From: Raillietiella orientalis
Lineage: Eukaryota
Assembly (NCBI GenBank): GCA_036172245.1
Contig: JAYWIR010000004.1
Span: 3,348,001-3,412,000 of the forward strand
Length of the DNA: 64,000 nt
Direction of reading: 5' to 3'
Both the position numbers and the translations under genes were made by a program. The notes beneath the pieces were generated by a model. That model ran no database searches and was not told the DNA's origin. It worked only from the letters and a program-made list of their open reading frames with translations. Shown here piece after piece: positions 53,811 through 64,000 of this stretch; the first letter of the stretch is position 1; every line of letters starts with the position of its first letter.

Positions 53811-54049
53811 CTGAGCTCCAACTGTAAACCATGAAGAAGTATGCAAACATTAATGTGCTGTGGCATGCAAAGTCTTCCGGCACAGAGAAAGTGACGTCTG
53901 CTCACACAATCTACAATCTAAGATTTCTACAATGAAACAAAATCCAAGTATACATTCAAAAACAATTGTTCTATGGGTATGCAACAAACAGTTGTTCATA
54001 AACAGTTCAAACAGTTCTTCAGTTGAAATTAACTCTAGGAATTGAAACT

Positions 54050-54560
54050 GTTGCATTCCATCCCAAGATTTGGGGTAGTAAAGATGCCGAAAAAAGTCCG
54101 CTTTGAAGATCAGTTTATTTGAGCATAGAAGCCCGCAATATAGCATCGAGAGCCGCTAAATAACAGTCATTTTTAGAAGGTTCTTCAATGCTTGAGCCAC
54201 TAGAGGTTGCAGCATTTGTCAGTGAATGAGAGAAGCAAAAAGTGAAACAGCGAGTTCATTGACCTGATCATTTTGCTAGCAAATAAAGACACCACGAGTG
54301 TCTATTTCCTTTTCAATTAACGAGGCGAAGTAACGTGCGATCACTGACCTTTATGATCTTTCAGCTGAGAAGGTTCAAGATATTTGCAAACAGATGGAGT
54401 CATGTTCTCAGTATTGCAACAGTTACAATTCCACAGTAGGAGATGCACTTAAATACTGTTAAGAAACTGCTAGGATTTCACGTTTCATCACCTTTGTCCA
54501 ACGCATTATCCATTTGTCGAACTTTGATTCTCAGTGTCTGATCGTATTTATGCAGCAGAT
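54050..54560 (-). mobile_element. Possible mariner transposase relic
   Basis: KGDET* (TGDETW) and a downstream segment loosely resembling PDLAPSDFFLF. Weak. Confidence 0.25.
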
Positions 54561-54564
54561 ATCA

Positions 54565-54567
<3 letters not shown>

Positions 54568-54612
<45 letters not shown>
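54568..54612. repeat. (CA)n microsatellite, about 22 units
   Basis: Direct read. Confidence 0.95.
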
Positions 54613-54617
<5 letters not shown>

Positions 54618-56833
54618 GACCAAGACTCAGATTATTCAATAAATTGCAATTGACTTTTTCCTTGTCAGATTATTTTGTCGAAGAGGAAACAAGCATGCAA
54701 GATCAGTATACTAGGCATACTTGTTTGTATACAATTTGTTGAGAGAACGCTTGCACTTATTTGGATCTTCGTATGAAGAAAATTGGTTTTAAATTTTGCT
54801 ACATCTACAAATTTCGCTACAAATATGTAGAATTTGAATTGCTGATTTTGGTATCAGATTCAATCAACCAATCTAGGCAAGTGGACACTGAAATTTATGA
54901 TGCGAAGGATCTCCGCCTGTCATCATCATAATCTATTATTACTGAATAAACTGCAGTGAGACTTATGCACTTACATGAGATGTAACTGATTCAGTGTCCA
55001 AAACATAAGTGAATTCCGTCATCACAACGCAGGCATAAATAAGTGAATGGAATCAAAGAAGTGAGAGTAAGTTATAGGTGTACCACTTCGACTAAGTTTC
55101 ACCTGCAATCTATATGAAGTCAAGAGAAACTCTCACTTCATAATGAAGTTAAGATGGATTTCAAAGTGGTAATTGCTTGTCACTTCAATGCAATTGAGAT
55201 GAATCAAAAAACTCAAAGAGGTTGTCATTTTGATTGAGAAGGTACCGTAGACATAGTCGGAAAGCGCACTATTCTGCAAAAAGTTTTCATGCACTAAATC
55301 TAAAATGTGCCCATCGCCGGCTTTAAAACTATAAAACACCTCGGTAAAAAGGATGTTTCGTTAGAAAGATTGCATTTCAAGGTAAGCTGTTACTACAATC
55401 TGCTGGAATTTCAAATGAAGGGATCAAGAGAGTTTCCTAAGATCAAGAGAAAAGCCAAGCATTCTCGAGAATGACTGACTTTTGAGGACAAAAGTTAGGC
55501 ATTAAGTGTTTCATTCACATGAAAAACACAAGCACACACGCTGAGCAGCATTGCATAGTGCAGGACTATTTCAAGCGTTCATTTTCACTAATTTTTCTCA
55601 TTCATTAGAGCATCAATTCATCAAGAATTCATGGATTCCTGAACCCTGTAGTCGTATTCTTTCAATACTTGTGATTCCAATCTTTTGCAACCCCTTGCAG
55701 TTCCTCCCCTTGCAAACGTGCCTAACGTACGCAGAGATGACTTTGAAGGAAAGTACCTCAAAAGCACACAGTTTACTTTGTCTTAAGGAATTTCATTGCT
55801 TTGAGGAGCTGTCCGACCTTCGAGTTCACAGAAGACCTCCGTGTAATACGAGAGATGCGTTCAACTTTATACGAGGCCCATGGGTTATACATGGATAATG
55901 TGATAGTATTTACAAGATATAAAGTATATCTTACAATATTATATAAAAATTTGTATCCATTAAAAGAAGAGAAAAAATTAAAAGTTTTATTCGTTATTTG
56001 ACTTAAACTGAAAGAACACACACAAAAAAAAAAACTATTAAGAGTTTTGTTGATATTTCATCAATTTGAACAATTCGATAATTTCAGCTCTTTTATTCTC
56101 GTTGTTGAAAAATGTGTCTTCTCGAGCTGTCTGATTCAGGTAAATTTGAATGAAACAGAAATTAACATACTTCAGTCATGTGTTAAGTGTTCTTTTTGAA
56201 AGCAGCCGAACTGACACTGTACCACAAGATTGAAATCCATTGTACGGGGGAGGATCAACAGTGCTATACGAGGACTGGCGCCGTTATACCAATCCGTGTT
56301 ATAAGGAGGTCTACTGGACTTTATACAATAAGTGGAATATTGCACTTATAGGTGCATCTTGCTAATTATCATTTAATTCGATTGTCGTTTCACCAATCTA
56401 AGCTTTGGTGTCTGCAAATTTTGAGAAATTCATCTGGAAAACTGCTCTTTTATTTTCATACCTTCTATCTTACTACAACCATCTTTCGAGAAAGATATGA
56501 CTTCACAAGATTGATTTACGTTAGGAACACGTAACAAGATGTACCTCTTGACCCTCCAGCTTCTCATTTTTTGTCTCCGACATAGTGAGCCGGTATTTCA
56601 GTTCCCGAAACCAGTGAACTCCACCTCTCGGAACCTGCCATAAGCAACGGTGCCACCGAGCTGATGCACGTTGAAGTTGCTACCTATATTCTTATATTCC
56701 TGAAGACTGTACTGGAGGAATCGGTGAATCACCTTGTCAGCTGCCGCCACAGTCAAAAAGCAAAATAAAATAAAATAAATAAATTCCCCGAAGTGTTGCC
56801 CGAATTTTTCCAATTTACTCGAAAGCTTCGGCG

Positions 56834-59470
56834 TTACGTTGAGAGATCCAACGGTGGAGATTTACCCACAGCTTCCACCGTTTCCTCGATTTGTCCTCGT
56901 TGTTGGCGAAGGGTGAATGCCTGACGGGTGTCCGAGAGTTGCGGATGTTGTTCACGGGGCCCGTGGACACTCTTGAGCGCATCGTGGAGGTTGACTTTCA
57001 AAGTGATCGTTGTGGAGTCTTTTTGATCCACTCATGCCTCACCAGAGCAGTTAGGGCCTCCATGATTCTGGTTCCTTCCAAACTCAGAAGACCCTCGTTC
57101 TCTGGATTGGATTCTCTACGGCCTCTCGTTTGCGGTGGCCGACAAGAGCAAACGGATGCACACAAGGTGCGCAAACGTTCGCAGGGCGACTCCCGAGCGA
57201 AGGTGGCTTCCGTCTGCGCCTCCACAGCACCCTAGATCCCTGGTTGCTTGAATCCTCTTTCCCTCCTTGTCTTTCCAGGAAGATCACTCGTGGATGCGAA
57301 AGTGCCCATCTTCCGGAGATGCTCATCCCTGCACCGTAGTTACTCTGAGTGTGTGCCTGCACCCTACCGCGCATGTACAAAAATGGTACAAGGAAACCTG
57401 AGATACACTGGACTCAGTTTGGCGGGGGCGCTTTCCTTACAGTTATTAGCTTTGTTACCTCTTCGTTTGCCAGTTGATGACCCACCATGATGCTTCTCGT
57501 TTCCCAGGAGAAACAAAGATTCCAGGCAGTGGTCGGAAACAAATCAAAGATTCGTAGCCCAGCTCGTGTCACTCTGACGTGTTGGTGTGATCTTTTCTTT
57601 CTTTCTTTTTCCCCTTCCCTCAGAGATAGACGCGCCGCAGGGGTGACTAAGCAGGCTGGATGTGCACACGTGCTGAGCACCCATACGAGCAACCAGTCAG
57701 GGCTCCTATTCCACGGCAGCACTTGCTCTGGGAAATGTATTCTCATGGTTCGCACGTACTAATCTTGTGGAGAGATGCAGCACCTGTCTGTACCGTTGCT
57801 ATTTCAAGAGAGTGACGCGCTCTGCGGCCTCGACGCAACCACACCCGTTGCATCATCTCGTAACCATGTCCCAAGAACCCAATTCGATATGTAATGTTGC
57901 GCATTTCTCAGTGACGTCAAGTGTTTTCCCGTTGCTGCTCCTTCTTCCATCTACTGATTCCGGAAACACATCCATCGCAAAACATCGCAATTGAGTGTAC
58001 TGATCGGCGTGATTACGAACGCAGAGCCGAGCATATCTCGAGCCTGTCCAGAGATGTTTGTCTACGCATTCGTCTGAGCGTCCGAGGCGGACATGGGATG
58101 CGATGCTGCAGCTCGCATCACGCGCGCTGAGCATTCGAGTTCCACATTCGTGAGGGGAATCTGGATGATGCGCCCTCGTGGATGCCTACTGCGAGCGTCA
58201 AGCAACCCTGGAAGTGTGGCGGTCGTTAGGGCGAGGATTGGCGAGAAGCGCGCGAGCGCTGCGAGCGAGCAACTTTCTCGGGTGGGGATGGAGAATTCTT
58301 TCATCCCCCTTCACCATGGGGCTGCAGACAAGGGATCAGCATCCAAAAAAGGGAGGTTCACTGCTGCCAAGGGAGAAGGGGAGGAGGGTGGAGAAGAAGC
58401 AGCACGATATGGTGGCCTTCAGAGGTGGCTATGTCGTGTCTTCCTTAGAGGTGGCTTTTCCTCCCACCAACCGCTGCTTCTCCCTTTTCCCTTGGCGAAG
58501 CGCGCACGCTCTCGCGTGACCATCTGGGGTCGGACTTCCCCCTCGGCCGACGCAGCGAAGAACGGACGGTGGCCATCAGCTCGCCCTCACCGCCCGCCCC
58601 GACCTGTGGCAACGGAAAAGTCGGTCTCGAACGCCCATGGGGACAGCGAAAGTGGAAAAGATGCTCGCGGGGGCGGCGTGGGTGAAAGTCGGCGCTGTGG
58701 CACGCAGACCCGGAATCGGACTTACCTGCCTCCCTTGCGCTCAGGGAATGGTGGAGGGGAACAAGGAGGAAGAGGAGCAGGAAGGCACCAGGGAATAGGG
58801 GAAGGGTGTGGGGGCTAAGTGCACCCGGGTGCGAGTCCTTTCGTCCTTTTGAGCCTCGTTGTCGTCTGAAGCACCAAGAGACGTCGAATCGGCGCTGGTC
58901 CCGACGGAGAGGGGAGTGAGTGAAGACTCCTGAAGCGCCCAAGGGGTAGGTGAGATAAGGACATGCCCGCTTGACCCTTTCCGAAGCACGCGAAGGAGAG
59001 GTCTCAGGGAAATGGACCGAAACGAGGAGCGGACCCTGGCAGTAAATGGTTTCTGAAGTTCGAAGGGAAGGGGTGGGGAGAAAAGGAGGATGAGAACACG
59101 CAAAAGTTCCCGGAACCCGCCCTCCTGCAGGTCCTTCGCGGCGCTGACGAGCCGGCGAAGGGGAGGCGCTCCCTGGGCGACCGGAAGAAATGTCCTTTCG
59201 GAGGCAGCAGTCGCAGCTCAGGGGGGAGGAAGGGAACGCCATGATCACCTCAGGTCTGAAGGAGGGCACAGTTCTGTGGAGGAGCAAACGATGAGACCAG
59301 AGCCCGTGGAGAGCTTCCTGGAAGACGTCTGTAATGCAGGATGGAGCGTCCCCCAGAGCATGGAGGGAGAGAGTGGCATGGACCCGAAGGAGGCCCGAGG
59401 TCGATGAACTTCCGTTCTCTTTGGCAAACAAGGAATCTTTGGGATGCCCGGAGGCATCAGCAGCATCCCA
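56834..59470 (-). mobile_element. Decayed R2-like retrotransposon 5' half (zinc fingers - Myb - RT domains 0-3)
   Basis: ORF 59431-58445 has C2H2-like relics (SCITDVFQEALHGLWSHRLLLH, LSCDCC, RACPY..GVFTH) and a Myb-like PRWSRESVR. Downstream: KERKKRSHQHVRV, LANEEVTKL..KAPPP (domain 0), RVIFLERQGGKEDSSNQ (domain 1), EGLLSLEG (domain 2) and LKVNLHDALKSV (domain 3). Confidence 0.6.
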
Positions 59471-59503
59471 TCACGATGGAACAGGATTTTCGTCTTCGTT
59501 GCA

Positions 59504-59521
59504 TTTATTCAATTTTTTATT
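59504..59521 (-). promoter_or_regulatory. Two candidate AATAAA polyadenylation signals of the CRAL-TRIO gene
   Basis: tttatt at 59504-59509 and 59516-59521, in the only AT-rich patch ~330 nt downstream of the stop. Confidence 0.55.
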
Positions 59522-59852
59522 CTTTTTTTGGGGGTGGGGTGGGAATAAGGAATATTTTGGGGACGGGGACCACCAACTAGTTGCTAGGTGACTTTCACGG
59601 CACCTGAGATTGCGGAATGGGGATCGAGAGATTCAGGAAGGAAGTCAGGTCTCCGGGGGGGATTTAAAGAAGGGGATGCGATGAGCGGGATGTGATGGGG
59701 TGGCGAGGACGCTCGGAGCGGATTGCGAAAGGAGTTTCACCCGAGGGAGAGGGGAAAGGTCGGCTCGCTCCGAGTGCAGCTTCCCTGGAAGGGGAAGCAG
59801 GCGAGGGACGAGCGAGGGACTCCTTGGTCCGGTCCTCTCCGTAGCGGCGCGC

Positions 59853-60993
59853 TCACTGCGAGATGCGGATGTCCTGGAGGCAGTCCTCCAGCGACCTCTG
59901 CCGGAGTTTCTCCTGCGCCTCGTGGGCAGAGGCCATCCTGTCCAGGCGGACTACCCGGTCTCTCCGCTGCGTCAGCACCGCCTTCCAGGAGACAATCATG
60001 TCCCGGATGGGAACCTCGCCCCCGTACTCCAGGGGCAGGATGCGCCTTGGGAGGGAGGCGAGGAGGGTGTTCTGGTTCCGGCTGACCTTGAGACGGGAGC
60101 GCATCTTCTCGCTCAGCAGGGAGCGCACGAACTCGTAGACGGCCAGGAACGTGAAGGGGACGTTGACCACGTTGACCTCCTTGTGGCGCATCGGGAGGTT
60201 GGCCTTCGGGAGTGAACGGAAGGATGGGAGGAGAGCAAGTAAAGGTGGGGATGAGGGAGGGAGGGAGGGGAAGGGAGGGGAGAGGAGCACTCTCCGCCTC
60301 TGCCTTCCCCCCGCCTGCTGGGTCCTTACCCCCTCCCCCCCTCCTTCCCCTCGCACATACCCTTTAGGGCATGCGAAAGGATGTTTTCGCCCTCGGAGAG
60401 TGGGTGCGCGGGCTCACCTCACAGCTCGTGATGACCATCTGTGCCGAGCGGGGGGTCCAGAGAGACAGAAAGGACCACCCGACGTCCCGGGAATCGAAGA
60501 CGTACGTGAAGCCGCGGATCTGGTCCTCTTCGTTCTCGAGGAGCGCCTCGCACGTGGTCAGGAACGCGCGCACTGTGTCCTCGGCCTTAAAGACCTTCGT
60601 GTCGATGTTCCCTGCGGGTGACAAGCTCGCATATCCCGGGGCAGGGCCTGCGGCAGGAAGGAAGGCGACTTACGTGCGATGCTGAAGATGACACTGCGCC
60701 CGTGGCGGTCCCTCTCTGGCAGCACGAAGACCACCCTAGGGTGCCCACCCCACCCACCAGTTAAGGGGAACTCCAAAGGGAAAGGAACAGGAAAAGAAGG
60801 AGAAGGAAAGTGAAGGAAAGAAATGGCGCTCACCCCGCATCGATCAAGGCGTCGATCTTGGCGTCATAGCAGTCCAGGCAGGAGAACCAGGACGGGTGAT
60901 TCCTCTTCATGCGCAGGTAGTTGACCAGCGCCTCCTGGGCCCGCATCACGTCGAAGTTCTTCACCCTCAGGAAGCGCAGCAGGAAACCGGCTT
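59853..60993 (-). CDS. CRAL-TRIO lipid-binding protein (clavesin / alpha-tocopherol transfer protein-like); 5' exon(s) not resolved
   Basis: Frame-consistent exons 60993-60834, 60735-60674, 60611-60418 and 60203-59853. Motifs FLLRFLRVKNFDV, LPERDRHGRSV, LLENEEDQIRGFTYVFD, LPMRHKEV, LLSEKMRSRL and ILPLEYGG. Confidence 0.92.
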
Positions 60994-63900
60994 CTGGAAG
61001 GGAGAGGGAACATGGCGTCCCCCTCGCCGCGGGGTGGGCGCTGCCGGACGAGAGGGTCCCGCCCTCTCGGACCTTTGGGGAACTCAAAGGTCTGCACGTG
61101 CTCTCGGGAGCCGCAGCATCCCTCCTTTTTCCCTCCTCTCCCAAAGGGCTGGTCTGCCGGGAACTCGGCTCCACTGCCCGCTGCTGACCGTGCTTCCGCT
61201 CCTCCCTCTCCTCTTCTCTCCCTTCCCAACCTAGCTCCGGGAGCCGTCGCCGTTCCTTCTCTTCCTGTCGGAGATCCCAGCGAGGGATGTTCGGGCAGAT
61301 CAGCAAGGACGGTGTGCATGCAAGAGGACACGAAGGTCTCCCCAGAACGAATTCGTCCCTTTTAAAGAAGAGGGAGGATCCCTCGTTACCCTCTCCCCCT
61401 GGCCTCATAGCGATACGATGAGTTCTTCACCCTGCATTCGGGTTCGACGGGAAGGCGTGGCCTGGCGAAGGATCGCCAGGCGAGGGGAGGACAAGGAAGG
61501 AAGCCCGAAATCCCGCCTTTCCCACCTCCGAGGCTTTCCTCGAATTACCCTTCCACTGGGAAGGGGAAAAATAGGATGCCTTCCGGGGAGCGCGGGACGA
61601 CCCCTTCCCTTCCCCCTGCCCAGCTACCGCTCTTGGCTGGCGCGCGCCTGATCCTTCGGGCGCTTCGGCGGACCTCTGGTGGCCTCGGGAGGCTTCCTCC
61701 GGGAGCGACAGAGGAGCGCCTGGTTGAGCGTCTCGAGGGGTCTTCGAGCCGCAGGGGGTGAGGAGGACGAGAGGCAAGGGAAGGAGTGGAGTATGAGACA
61801 GAGGCGCGCCCTTCGGGGAAGGAGGAGAGAGGGACGACGACGGCGACCTAGGCGGATACGCTTCATGCAATGGAGGGTGGTGGTGGCGTCCCCTCGTCGG
61901 CGAGGAAACGCCGGGAGGCGCCAGGTCGGGAGCGGCCGACGACCCCGGAAGCTCTCACCTGCCGCGGCAACGGGTAAGGCTAGCGGCAGCAGCACGTTGT
62001 CTCCGTCCCGGGAGGGTGGAAGAGAAGGAAGGGCAAGAGAAGGCGGTCCCTCTGGAGAACCCTTAGGGGCAGCCGCGCGTTTCCACGGCGACCGACCGCC
62101 GAGCCCCGAAAGCTACGTGATCGGGGAGGAGAAGGGTTCAGGGCTCGGTGCGATCCCTTTCTTCACCCGCCCGCAGCTCGGGAGGGAAGGAGAACGGCTT
62201 CGGGAAATGGAGCGTCTCTCCCACCTGCCCCTATCTTTTTTCGTCTCCTCTCCCAGTCTCCGGAAGCTGGAAGGGAAGGGCCCGGAAGCGGGAGATCCTC
62301 ATGAGCCCTCGCCCACGACGAGGGAGGGAGACTCGGGAGCAACTCCGTCCGTAGCACGGAGAACCGACGGGAGGAGGGAAGGTCCGTCCGGTCAAGGGGA
62401 GTAGTGAGGAAGCTGCGTCTCCCTCGCCGGGAGGGCGAGAGTGATCCGGGAACGGGAGAAGCGCACGTGCTCCTCCACCGAAACCCTCCGGACGGAGCAC
62501 AGGGAGCATCCTGGATTACTCGAAACGGGGCGAGAAGCCCTTGAGACGCGGAGGCGAGGGTCCTTCCCTCGGGTTTTCTCCATCGGTCCCTCGGTCCCAA
62601 CTCCTAGCTTTGGGCAGGAAAGGAGGTGGGACCGAGATCCGTCCTCCTGGACCCTGGGCATCTCGCAAAGGCGGGACTGGAGGACGGTGGAGTGGGCCTG
62701 CCCCTCTCCCCTTCTTACCGGTCCTCCGGTGCACTGCAGTGAGGGAGATGATGGGGAGGGAGGGGGAGTGATACCCGGCAGCCGGGAAAGCCTCCGTTCC
62801 TTCCCTCCCCCCCCCGCATCCCTTGCACTTCGGGGAACTCGCGCCTCCTCGGATGGAGCCCGAGGGAACCGGCAGGGACCCTGCAACTCTCATCCTTCCT
62901 TCTCCCTCGTCCTCCCCTGCCCACGGGTGGAGGACAGGACGCTCCCAAGGAGCTCAGAGAGTTGCCCGAGGCTCACTTCGCCCTCTGTTCCCACTCCCCT
63001 TTCCGACGCGAGGGTCCCCTCTGGACCTCCAGGAGACATCCAAAAACGAAAGTCCCCCTGCCACGCGACTCCCGGACCCCTTCCACCCCCCGTGCTTACG
63101 CTGTTGCGGGAGCTCTCTCCGCCTACTATCTTTTGTTAACCCCAGAGGGAGGAGTCCTTTGACAAGCATGCGGGAGGGTTTCCCCCTTTCTCGCCACCGG
63201 GGGAGGAGAGAGGAAGCGAGAAGGGGTGGGAGACATCGTCCCCAGTTCATCAGGGGAGGGAGGAGATACTTCCTGGATAGGGGAAGCCAGAGATAGAGGA
63301 ATCCCTGGCCCTCGTGGGAAAAGGGGTGAGGAATGACGGGGTCCGCCGCGCTGCCAAGCTCTCCTTGCATTTTTGGAAGTCCTCAACGTGGCCGCAAGGC
63401 GGTGACGGAGGCGTCCGCTCCCCTCCCTGACCCGCCCCTCCTCCCCATTCTGCTATGGAAGGGGAAAAAAAAAAAAGGAGAATGGATCCGGGAAGAGTAA
63501 CTCTTGGGATGGAGAGGAGAGAGAAGAGGGAGAGATGTGCCCTAGAGGGCGGGTGCCGCGCGCATAGAATCCACTAAATCCCAGAGAACTTCCACCCCTT
63601 CCGTCCTCTCTCCCCTTTCACCGAGTCCCTGGGAGCGCGGCTACCTGAGCACCAGGGCGCTCTCTCTCCCTGGGAACTCCCCGGGGAGTGCAAAAGAAGA
63701 GAAAAGCAAGGCCGAGGGGAGCAGCAACGGACCCCTGTGAGGAGGAAGGGGGAGCAAACCACTCCAACTCCCGCCCCACACCAAGACGGTAGCGTCCCTT
63801 TTGGAATGGAAAGTCCTCCTTCGGCAGAGGATCACCTCTCGGCGAGCCGAGCTGACAGCAGCAGCAGCAGAAGTGGAAGATGCCATTGCACGGGGTTGCG

Positions 63901-64000
63901 TCTCCTGGGGGGAGGGAAGGGGGAGATCTGTCCTCTCCTCCCTCACCCACGACGACCCTCCTCGTTTGCTTTCTCCCCCCTGAGCTCCTGCTACTCCTGA

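Noticed and set aside
56270..56320. One end of a Tigger-like MITE (gttataaggaggtctactg)
   Set aside because: No matching opposite TIR or TA duplication found nearby.
61000..64000. Many overlapping 100-240 aa ORFs on both strands
   Set aside because: Low-complexity Gly/Arg/Pro/Ser-rich translations expected in stop-poor GC-rich DNA; no domain motifs.

Overview
Eukaryotic (metazoan, invertebrate-type) genomic DNA. It has very short spliceosomal introns (many 40-50 nt) with TTTCAG/TTTTAG acceptors, which suggests a nematode-like compact gene architecture; the taxon is an inference. Six spliced protein genes could be rebuilt by hand: the 5' part of an axonemal dynein heavy chain (DNAH7-like, runs off the left edge), UBE2G2, a SOCS-family SH2+SOCS-box gene whose stop codon lies only 17 bp from the UBE2G2 stop, TMX3, MGAT2 and a clavesin/CRAL-TRIO gene (5' exons unresolved). 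There is one tRNA-Ile(AAT). Much of the intergenic DNA is decayed retroelement, recognised from degenerate motifs: several Ty3/Gypsy pol relics, RTE-like LINE relics, a cluster of Tx1/L1-like elements starting just downstream of the tRNA, and three restriction-like-endonuclease-type (R2/NeSL/Utopia-like) relics. It also holds an 83-bp TA-flanked MITE and mariner relics. A 33-nt U2 snRNA 5' fragment bounded by a 14-bp direct repeat sits inside a Gypsy integrase relic. The last ~7 kb switch from AT-rich to strongly GC-rich DNA. I found no prokaryotic-type system such as CRISPR, and no new system is demonstrated. The best leads concern RNA-gene-targeting retroelements, the antisense-overlapping ubiquitin-pathway gene pair and the compositional boundary. 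All TE boundaries are approximate.
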